Assembly (NCBI GenBank): GCA_009776435.1
Contig: WRNU01000002.1
Location: 1-39,317 of the forward strand
Direction of reading: 5' to 3'
From: Betaproteobacteria bacterium
GTDB lineage: Bacteria > Pseudomonadota > Gammaproteobacteria > Burkholderiales > Rhodocyclaceae
Length of the DNA stretch: 39,317 bases
Part shown: one piece after another, positions 19,895-27,324 of the stretch
Position numbering within the stretch: position 1 is the stretch's first letter
Layout of the letters: every line of letters starts with the position of its first letter
Notes under the pieces: model-generated
What the model saw: only the letters and a program-made list of their open reading frames with translations
What the model was told of the DNA's origin: nothing
Database searches by the model: none
Position numbers and translations under genes: made by a program

Positions 19895-20173
19895 TCAATG
19901 GTAGTCCACGATCTCGACGCTTGTGGCCTGCCCGGAACAGAAGCCAAAACAGATGCGCCACTGGTCATTGACGCGGATACTGTATTGACCATTGCGGTCG
20001 CCAGAGAGCTTTTCAAACCGGTCGCCTGGTGGAACGCGCAGATCCTCCAGCGTAGCCGCCCTGTTCAGTATCGCCAGCTTGCGCAACGCGCTCTCGGCAA
20101 TGTTGGCAAACCGTGCCACACGTCGTCCATTGAACAGTGCTTCGGTGTCGGAGCAGCGGAAACTTGCTATCAT
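19895..20173 (-). CDS. higB: HigB family toxin (RelE fold)
   Basis: MI.SF, DLRVPPG, L.GDR.GQYSIRVNDQWRICF and EIVDYH; toxin-first gene order. Confidence 0.93.
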   Translation of the reverse strand: MIASFRCSDTEALFNGRRVARFANIAESALRKLAILNRAATLEDLRVPPGDRFEKLSGDRNGQYSIRVNDQWRICFGFCSGQATSVEIVDYH

Positions 20174-20179
20174 GGAAAG

Positions 20180-20218
20180 ATACTAACGTGTGGCAATAGT
20201 ATTGTAAAGCGATACTAT
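20180..20218 (-). promoter_or_regulatory. higBA sigma70 promoter (probably leaderless) overlapped by inverted ATACTA/TAGTAT repeats (candidate HigA operator)
   Basis: The minus strand reads TTTACA (20208-20203)-17 bp-TAGTAT (20185-20180)-6 bp-ATG, with no Shine-Dalgarno. Confidence 0.65.
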
Positions 20219-20355
20219 GTGCCCGCTGTGATGTGATTCGGATCGGGCTTCTAGTCGCTCGAAACACCAGCATGTCTGAGAAGTGAAGAAGGCGATGCGC
20301 ACGTCGTCGATTATCAGGATTACCATTGAAGAAGGTTCACCATGCGAATGCACAA

Positions 20356-21381
20356 GTTGTAGCTCCCTCTCTCACCCCGGTTAGCTACAATCTGTTCGCG
20401 CCTTCCGGCTTATCACCATCTGTTGTAGCTCCCTCTCTCACCCCGGTTAGCTACAATTTTTCCAAGGGCGATTCCGCCAGGAAAATCGTTGTAGCTCCCT
20501 CTCTCACCCCGGTTAGCTACAATCATGAAATCTTCAACTAACTCATCAGTTAAGTTGTAGCTCCCTCTCTCACCCCGGTTAGCTACAATAAATGCTGTCT
20601 TCGTAGGAAATCTTGCAAAGTTGTAGCTCCCTCTCTCACCCCGGTTAGCTACAATCGGCAGCATCGTCGAGCACACGCCAGACGGGTTGTAGCTCCCTCT
20701 CTCACCCCGGTTAGCTACAATAATCGTGTTTTCGTTGCCCCCGTAGGCGAGGTTGTAGCTCCCTCTCTCACCCCGGTTAGCTACAATCCCCTTCGGGGCA
20801 CGCTTCGCACGCTTGCGGTTGTAGCTCCCTCTCTCACCCCGGTTAGCTACAATCATGGCTGCCCACACCCCTGCCGCACCGAGGTTGTAGCTCCCTCTCT
20901 CACCCCGGTTAGCTACAATATTGTATTTCCTTGTTATTTGTTTCTGAGTGTTGTAGCTCCCTCTCTCACCCCGGTTAGCTACAATCGCACCAGAGTACGT
21001 CGGCCACACGCGACAGTTGTAGCTCCCTCTCTCACCCCGGTTAGCTACAATTTGCGGGCTATCTCTTCGACTACCTCCGGTGTTGTAGCTCCCTCTCTCA
21101 CCCCGGTTAGCTACAATCTCGGAGGTTGCCTTTATCCATGATTACCTGTTGTAGCTCCCTCTCTCACCCCGGTTAGCTACAATTCATCCATGTACAGGTA
21201 TGGCGATTTTACCGTTGTAGCTCCCTCTCTCACCCCGGTTAGCTACAATTCGGAGCCGGAAATACACGCCGCCATTTCTGTTGTAGCTCCCTCTCTCACC
21301 CCGGTTAGCTACAATCAAATTCCCTGCGATCCGTTTCCGCCAGCGGTTGTAGCTCCCTCTCTCACCCCGGTTAGCTACAAT
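20356..21381 (+). CRISPR. Type II-C CRISPR array: 16 identical 36-bp repeats GTTGTAGCTCCCTCTCTCACCCCGGTTAGCTACAAT and 15 unique 30-bp spacers
   Basis: Counted directly with a strict 66-bp period. The repeat resembles the Neisseria II-C repeat. The + orientation follows from tracrRNA complementarity and the downstream terminator. Confidence 0.99.
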
Positions 21382-21392
21382 CTACTCGCCTC

Positions 21393-21429
21393 AACTCCCC
21401 GCCAGGCATGGCTTGGCGGGGAGTTTTTT
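21393..21429 (+). terminator. Rho-independent terminator after the last repeat
   Basis: AACTCCCCGCCA...TGGCGGGGAGTT stem running into a T6 tract. Confidence 0.8.
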
Positions 21430-21445
21430 CATGGAATTTTGCAGT

Positions 21446-21778
21446 TCAAAAGAGCAGCATCTGGGATGCCGATACCTTTTTTTCCTGAAAAAGAGGCATG
21501 CCAACCAGCAGCCTGATACCTGCGTACTGCTTTTCCGTGACAGTCATGCAGCGCACGGAGCCTGCGGGAGGGAGGTTATCCGTCAGGCGGGTGAGATGCT
21601 TGGTTTCAGCGTCTTTGCCGTTCAGGAGGCGTCCGTAAACCGACCACTGAATCATGTCGTAACCATCGTTCAGCAGAAAGCGGCGGAACTGCACGTAGGC
21701 GCGCTTTTCGGCCTTGGTCACCATGGGCAGGTCAAAAAAAACGACCAATCGCATGTAGCGTCTCGTCTCTGTGCCCAC
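21446..21778 (-). CDS. cas2: CRISPR-associated Cas2 (type II-C)
   Basis: MRLVVFFDLP, FRRFLLNDGYDMIQWSVY and VTEKQY. The start is GTG 21778 or ATG 21754. Confidence 0.97.
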   Translation of the reverse strand: MGTETRRYMRLVVFFDLPMVTKAEKRAYVQFRRFLLNDGYDMIQWSVYGRLLNGKDAETKHLTRLTDNLPPAGSVRCMTVTEKQYAGIRLLVGMPLFQEKKVSASQMLLF

Positions 21779-21779
21779 G

Positions 21780-22685
21780 TCAATATTCCAGCCTGTGCGC
21801 TTGCAGACCGATCAGACGGGGAAGGTCAAGTTCAGCGTGGCCGGATTCGTAAGTACGCGCCAGACTCTCGACAGCATACTCAATGGCAGAGAGCACCGAC
21901 ATTTTTCCCTGCGGCATGCCGACGTCCACATTCAACAGGGCAACCAGAGCCCGTTTGTCCTCTGGTATCAGGTCGCCTTCCATCAGGGCAGGGCGTTTGG
22001 CAACGTGCAGGTCAACCAATGGGCGGAAAGATTCGATCAAGTCATCGGCCAGATTGAACGCATTCTGCTCGCTGTCATGAAACAACCCGATGGAAGGATG
22101 CAACCCGTGCGCTACCAAGCCGCGCGTGATGGCTCCGCGCAAGACGGCATAGCCGTAATTGAGTGCAGCATTCGTCCAGCGTGCCTCGTCATTGCGATAA
22201 AAATCTGTGCCGTACAACTGTGCAAAATAGAGCGCAGCGGCCTGTCCTTCCAAGTTGTCCGGGTCGCCGGAACGGACACGCCGCGCGCAAGCTTCCAACT
22301 TTTCCACGCCTTTTTTGCTGCACAGACGCAGGCAAGTGGCCTGATTTTCGATCTTGCGGCGAATAATGTCGGCCCAGGCGCGTTTGGCCGTCGGACGGGT
22401 AATGCTCAACTGCTTGCGCATCATGCGTGTGGTCCGCGAATGCGAAAGAAACGGCAGAAAAACGCCAGCAGGCTGGTGATTGCTACCGGTGGCATAAAGA
22501 CTGATGCCGTACTCGGCACAGGCCGAAAGTACCGGATGAGTCAACGTGATTTCCCGGTGATCGAGAACAATCACGGCGATGTCCTCAAAAGGCACGAAGG
22601 CTGTCTCTTCCTGGTCAATAGCCAGCGAATAATGCTTCCGCCGCAGACGCGCCGGGCGAGAGATCATTACGCTACGCCAGACCAT
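21780..22685 (-). CDS. cas1: CRISPR-associated Cas1 (type II)
   Basis: SGDPDNLEGQAA..YF, NAALNYGYAVLR and GLFH...NAFNLADDLIE.FRP. Confidence 0.98.
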   Translation of the reverse strand: MVWRSVMISRPARLRRKHYSLAIDQEETAFVPFEDIAVIVLDHREITLTHPVLSACAEYGISLYATGSNHQPAGVFLPFLSHSRTTRMMRKQLSITRPTAKRAWADIIRRKIENQATCLRLCSKKGVEKLEACARRVRSGDPDNLEGQAAALYFAQLYGTDFYRNDEARWTNAALNYGYAVLRGAITRGLVAHGLHPSIGLFHDSEQNAFNLADDLIESFRPLVDLHVAKRPALMEGDLIPEDKRALVALLNVDVGMPQGKMSVLSAIEYAVESLARTYESGHAELDLPRLIGLQAHRLEY

Positions 22686-25600
22686 GTTTGAAACCGACGT
22701 TAACCTCTTTCCATTTGCCTAAAATATCTATCTTGAATTTGCGAAGTTCCTTGATATTTTTGACGTAGAATCGAAACAATGAACTGTCTTTGACAGTATC
22801 TGTTTTGGCTTTTTCAGACTGTTCATCGCTATCATTTTCATCGGCATTTTCTCCGGTCTGCTTTGTTTTTTTTCGCCCCTTTCCTGGTCGATCATGTGTC
22901 CGGATTGTCATACGACCATCGCCTTCGTACATGACGAAATAGCCGGGGAATCCTCCTCCTGGGATTACTTCACCACTGGTCAAGACGACTTCTATGGGTT
23001 CGTCAATTCGTAGATTGAATAGCTGCCTAGCTCCCGTCGGTAGTTCTTCCAGACCAAACATAGCCTCCTTGTCAGCTTGGTAGCGAGGTCGGAAAAAGTA
23101 GCTGGCACTCGTCCAGTAGACTTCTGTGGCGATGCTGTCGCCTAATCCCGCAACGCCACCGCGCACTAACATGCCGCCGTCTTGTTTAACAGGCAGTCGG
23201 ATGGAGCGAATGAGCGGCCTCTCCTTGCCTGATTTTCCTTTGGGGGGTCTGAAAGGTTCGGCGAACGCTTTTTTTGCTTCACCATTAAATTTATCCAACT
23301 GATTTTGCAAGGCTTCGAGTAATTCCCTGTTTCGGTGATAGAACGCGCTACCTAGCTTGGCTTCGGTGAGCATCTCTTTCTTAAGACTGGTGAGTGGCAC
23401 AGTCTTTCTCACGGATGCTGTATTTTCAATAATTTTTCCGGAACCCTCCTTACGTTTTTCTTTGTTGATTTTCGCTAGAGCACTCCTCCTTTGTTTCAAA
23501 TATTCATCTGGCAGACTCCATGCTGGTAATGCAATGCAACGGACAAACTTTGGTTTGTCGCTCACTTCCTGAATTTCATACCCATTAGCAAACGCAACGT
23601 GCGCATCACCATTCGCTAATTGTAAAGCCTCACGCAATATTTCGTAGTTCCTGCGGCGGCGACCAGTTATTCCCTGCAAGCATTTGTCTGTCAACATGTC
23701 CTTGGTCAAATCTACAAGGGGAACCGGTAGGTAGCGAATGCCTTTAGGATTGGCGTCGTGAAGTTCACCAGCAGATTTGCGTTTGGGGTGGCGTGAGACA
23801 AAGACCTGACCTAGCGCACTTAACAAGTCGCGGCGGAATTTTCCATCGTGCACATCATCCCATGGAGCTGGCAAGAAAAGGCCACGCTCCCGCGCCTCGG
23901 CTCTGCTGACAATATCGCCTGTGCCACGATGCGTGTAACTTCCATCATCATTACGGCGAAAGATGTGCCTGTGCGGTTCCGCTTCTTCCTCTGCAAAATA
24001 GTTATTGACCCGTTGAATAACCTGTGGCGTACAGGCAGCGATAATGCAAGCGTCCAGCGCATGGTGCAGATCGCTTTTTTTCCTGTCCTTGACATGAGCC
24101 AAGCCCCACTTGCCACGCAGAAAGTCTACTAATCGCCCCTGTGGAGTACGCACTCGGGCGCGTTGGTAGCGATTCCAGCGGGTTTTTGCATCGTCATTCG
24201 GTGAAATGGCCTCAAGTTCTTCGGGTGAAGGGGCGTTGGCAAAGAGTATCCGCTCCCGTAGCATATTGGCGAACAAGCGTGTAGCGTAGCGCGTATCAAC
24301 AAGGTTTCTTGCAAGAAATTCATCCGCATCTTCCAGGTTTTTGGCCAGCAAACGGCGCTGCTTTTCGGCGCTTATGCCCTTGCAGGAAAGTACTCGTTGC
24401 TCAAATTCATGCCAGCGTTTGTCGCAATTGGTACCTCCAAAAAATTCGTATGGAATTTTGGAGTCCTTGTTCCGGTTGGCTCCTGTTTTAACCAGAACCC
24501 GGTTGTCGAGACTGTTATCGAAGGTCTTTGAGCGAGGCCAGATGTGATCAATCTCAACATCGCCGCTGTTGTCCTTGAGCATTGAGTCGATGAATGGTTC
24601 AAGCGATGTGCCCGAATACATGCATTGCCCATTTTGCTCGCCATAAAGGCGCATCTTGAGAATTTGAGTTGGAGTCGGCTCGCATCCAAGCCGGTTGCGC
24701 AAGTCTTCCTTGATCCCTTCGGCGCGTTTGTTATTGCTTTTCTGTTCTCGGTCGATTTTGTCTCGCAGCTTTTTAGATCGCGCCAGATCACGAGCCGTTT
24801 CGACGTGAACATATGTCGGTGAGCCGTACTTGGCAACGAGACAGTTGAAAACAAGGCGGGCTTGGTTGAAAGAACGCGCTACGACAGGGTTGAGCAACTC
24901 CTTGTAGCGTTTTTCAATATGTCCGGTGAGCTTGCCGTGGCGATATCGCGGATAAACGTAAGTCTCCAGTGGTCTCAATTCAGGAGTTCGGCGCTGAGCT
25001 TCTTTTTCGGAATGCTTAAGACCCGCTAATTCACATGCCTTACTATATACGTGCCCTTCTTCCAGATATGGCAATATTTTGCGTAGTGCCATGAAACCAA
25101 GATTGCGGAATTTATTAAAGCTTATGGTTTGCAGAGCCGTAATTTCTTCAGAGTTGTAGCCGAGATTGCTCAGCTTTTGCTCGATTTCCCGATCGGTTTG
25201 GCATTCAGTCAGAGTAGTAGCGATGTCGTTTATTTCGCTTGCTGCACGCTCCCCTTCGTCACTGGTGGGCTTTTGATAGGCGGTTTGCATCCCCTCCCAT
25301 TTGTCTGGGAATCGTTCAGCCAATGCCAACCGTAGCGCATGCCAGCCTTTGAGTTCCACAAGCTTTTGGTCGGCTTCAACGGCTTGAGCGTCCTCGAACT
25401 GCAAGGGCACAGGAGTTCGCTCTTCAGAATCGGGGTTGATAGTGTATTCACTCAGTATGGAATGCTCGAATTGCCAGTCGCCAGGCATGTCTTTCAATGG
25501 CATAAGGAGTGTGCGCCAGTCTGCCATGGTTGCAGCGGAATGCGAACGAAGGGAAGCCAATAGCCTCCATGTCACCTTGGGCAGAGCTTTGGGTTTGCCT

Positions 25601-27168
25601 TCCGTTGTGATGCAGCGAAAGGAATGACCAGAAGCGAGGATCGTATTGTTATCGGATGAGAACCGGATTTGGGTTCTCGCTTCCAGGCTGCGCGGGATAA
25701 TACTTGTATCCTTGATGCGACAAATAAAACTGTCGGAATCCTGTAGCCCAAGTTTTTCGCGTAATTGTTTATAGGTGACGAAACCGCCGGTTAGTAGTTT
25801 TTTTGCCTCCCTTAATTTTTCCTTTCGCTCCTTGCTGTTTGCCCATTTGACGAGACTGATGGGTACTTCACCGCGAGGAACAATCAGAATCCAAGCGCCA
25901 TCGCTGGCAGGTTTGGCGCGATAAGTGGCGGCATTGAAACTGGCTTCTTGCCATGAAGCAGGAAAACCGGTGTGGGCCATCAAGGTTTCCCGAACAAGTT
26001 TGAGCGTTACCTTTGAATGCTCGTATGGCAGATTAAGTAGACAGTTACGCTCCAACTGGGATAAATCTTCCTCTTTCCCATTTCGGCGGATGCGTAATTT
26101 GTTCAGTGTTTCCAACCAAGTGGCCCGTTCTGCGGAAAAGGAATTTTTGGAGGCACGAGGCTGGCCTTCTATCAACTCACATTCGCCAACCATTTCCCGT
26201 ATTTGCTCGGCGTAGAGCGGTGGATGTTGCATGTCGAACAAATCGAAGATGGCTTCCTGAAACGTTCGCCCTACGGAACGGGATTCTCCGCCAACGGGAA
26301 TTACCCCGTCTTTAAAGCAGGTAAGCATCTGATGCAAATATTCGCTATCAACAGGAAGCTCTAATGTGGTGTATGGGTTTTGATGCTTGTCTTGTGCAGT
26401 AAAAAGCGTTTTAAGCTCATGGCGCAACGCGGCACGAAGGAAGGCATGACGATAACTTCCTGCTTTGTTTCGGAATGACTGAATGCGGTCTTGCTCATCT
26501 GGTTGTGGCTCATCGGGAGCGTAGTTGTCTTGCGCTAACCAGATAGCCAGCCCGCCAACAGTCAAATGATTATTCTGTTTAAGTTTTCTGTATTTTTCTA
26601 GAAGCTTGCTTGAGGCTTCAAGCGCCTTGTTGAGTTTTTCCTTTTCTTTGGCCGCTGCCGCTTCTGCCAATGTGGCCTCGCTTGACTCCACTCTACTAGT
26701 GTCTTCTCCTTTCGATGAGTCTTGTTTCTGTGCCGATTTGAGTTCACTTCTGCGGAAAAACTCGAAGCCTCGATGTTTGACCAAGTGATACAGAACACGC
26801 GCCCATTCAACAGGATCAAGCTGTCGTTCCAGCCCTTGGGCACGGAGTTGCCAAGGGCCAACTTCGGGCTCGTCTTTGGCTCGTGGCGGCGTCATGAGTA
26901 ACCGAGCCTCCGGGCGAGAAATGATTCCTACATCGCAGAACAGGCGTAGTAATTGGTTTAGACGCCAGCGGCGCATGTGGAGACGATTGCGGGCAACTCG
27001 TGCTGCTCGACGTGTTTGATTGTGTGGCTTTCCGTCGTTGTCTTCGCCGGGATCAAAACAACGCACGCCGAGATCGACGATGTGTTTTTTGCCAAGCACG
27101 CACCAGCCGACAGAAGCTATGCCGATGTCGAAACCAAAGGTGAGCAGATCAGTGGGCTTGCCAGACAT
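22672..27168 (-). CDS. cas9: Type II-C Cas9, unusually long (~1498 aa)
   Basis: RuvC-I FDIGIASVGW, Arg-rich bridge helix, RuvC-II VHVETAR, HNH EIDHIWP...N...N and RuvC-III HHALDA. An AAGGAGG RBS precedes ATG 27168. The locus has no csn2 or cas4. Confidence 0.98.
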   Translation of the reverse strand: MSGKPTDLLTFGFDIGIASVGWCVLGKKHIVDLGVRCFDPGEDNDGKPHNQTRRAARVARNRLHMRRWRLNQLLRLFCDVGIISRPEARLLMTPPRAKDEPEVGPWQLRAQGLERQLDPVEWARVLYHLVKHRGFEFFRRSELKSAQKQDSSKGEDTSRVESSEATLAEAAAAKEKEKLNKALEASSKLLEKYRKLKQNNHLTVGGLAIWLAQDNYAPDEPQPDEQDRIQSFRNKAGSYRHAFLRAALRHELKTLFTAQDKHQNPYTTLELPVDSEYLHQMLTCFKDGVIPVGGESRSVGRTFQEAIFDLFDMQHPPLYAEQIREMVGECELIEGQPRASKNSFSAERATWLETLNKLRIRRNGKEEDLSQLERNCLLNLPYEHSKVTLKLVRETLMAHTGFPASWQEASFNAATYRAKPASDGAWILIVPRGEVPISLVKWANSKERKEKLREAKKLLTGGFVTYKQLREKLGLQDSDSFICRIKDTSIIPRSLEARTQIRFSSDNNTILASGHSFRCITTEGKPKALPKVTWRLLASLRSHSAATMADWRTLLMPLKDMPGDWQFEHSILSEYTINPDSEERTPVPLQFEDAQAVEADQKLVELKGWHALRLALAERFPDKWEGMQTAYQKPTSDEGERAASEINDIATTLTECQTDREIEQKLSNLGYNSEEITALQTISFNKFRNLGFMALRKILPYLEEGHVYSKACELAGLKHSEKEAQRRTPELRPLETYVYPRYRHGKLTGHIEKRYKELLNPVVARSFNQARLVFNCLVAKYGSPTYVHVETARDLARSKKLRDKIDREQKSNNKRAEGIKEDLRNRLGCEPTPTQILKMRLYGEQNGQCMYSGTSLEPFIDSMLKDNSGDVEIDHIWPRSKTFDNSLDNRVLVKTGANRNKDSKIPYEFFGGTNCDKRWHEFEQRVLSCKGISAEKQRRLLAKNLEDADEFLARNLVDTRYATRLFANMLRERILFANAPSPEELEAISPNDDAKTRWNRYQRARVRTPQGRLVDFLRGKWGLAHVKDRKKSDLHHALDACIIAACTPQVIQRVNNYFAEEEAEPHRHIFRRNDDGSYTHRGTGDIVSRAEARERGLFLPAPWDDVHDGKFRRDLLSALGQVFVSRHPKRKSAGELHDANPKGIRYLPVPLVDLTKDMLTDKCLQGITGRRRRNYEILREALQLANGDAHVAFANGYEIQEVSDKPKFVRCIALPAWSLPDEYLKQRRSALAKINKEKRKEGSGKIIENTASVRKTVPLTSLKKEMLTEAKLGSAFYHRNRELLEALQNQLDKFNGEAKKAFAEPFRPPKGKSGKERPLIRSIRLPVKQDGGMLVRGGVAGLGDSIATEVYWTSASYFFRPRYQADKEAMFGLEELPTGARQLFNLRIDEPIEVVLTSGEVIPGGGFPGYFVMYEGDGRMTIRTHDRPGKGRKKTKQTGENADENDSDEQSEKAKTDTVKDSSLFRFYVKNIKELRKFKIDILGKWKEVNVGFKHGLA

Positions 27169-27186
27169 GTCTTCCTCCTTCATAAT
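27158..27186 (+). promoter_or_regulatory. Predicted tracrRNA sigma70 promoter
   Basis: TTGCCA (27158-63)-17 bp-CATAAT (27181-86), ending 6 nt before the anti-repeat. Confidence 0.7.
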
Positions 27187-27192
27187 CCCTAC

Positions 27193-27296
27193 ATTGTGGC
27201 TAACCGGGGTGAGCCGTTGCTACAATAAGAAATGCGTTTTTAACGCAATTCGTATCCAGCAACCCGGCAGGGCAACCTGTCGGGTTGTTTCATTTT
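27193..27296 (+). ncRNA. tracrRNA
   Basis: The anti-repeat ATTGTGGCTAACCGGGGTGAG-CCGTT-GCTACAAT pairs with the repeat (21-bp upper stem with one G-U, a bulge, 8-bp lower stem). It is followed by AAG, a TGCGTT/AACGCA hairpin and a CAACCCGGCAGG-GCAA-CCTGTCGGGTTG hairpin with a T-rich tail. The gene is divergent from cas9, as in Neisseria. Confidence 0.93.
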
Positions 27297-27324
27297 GCCA
27301 TCGGATTATTGCTTTGGGCTGCGG

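Noticed and set aside
20413-21009. 198-aa ORF with repeated IVANRGERGSYN, plus the VVAPSLTPVSYN ORFs on the + strand
   Set aside because: These are artefacts of the 66-bp (multiple of three) CRISPR period.
21250-21279. Spacer 14 shares TCGGAGCCGG with tkt (27641-27650), suggesting self-targeting
   Set aside because: The match is only 10 nt at the PAM-distal end and is expected by chance.
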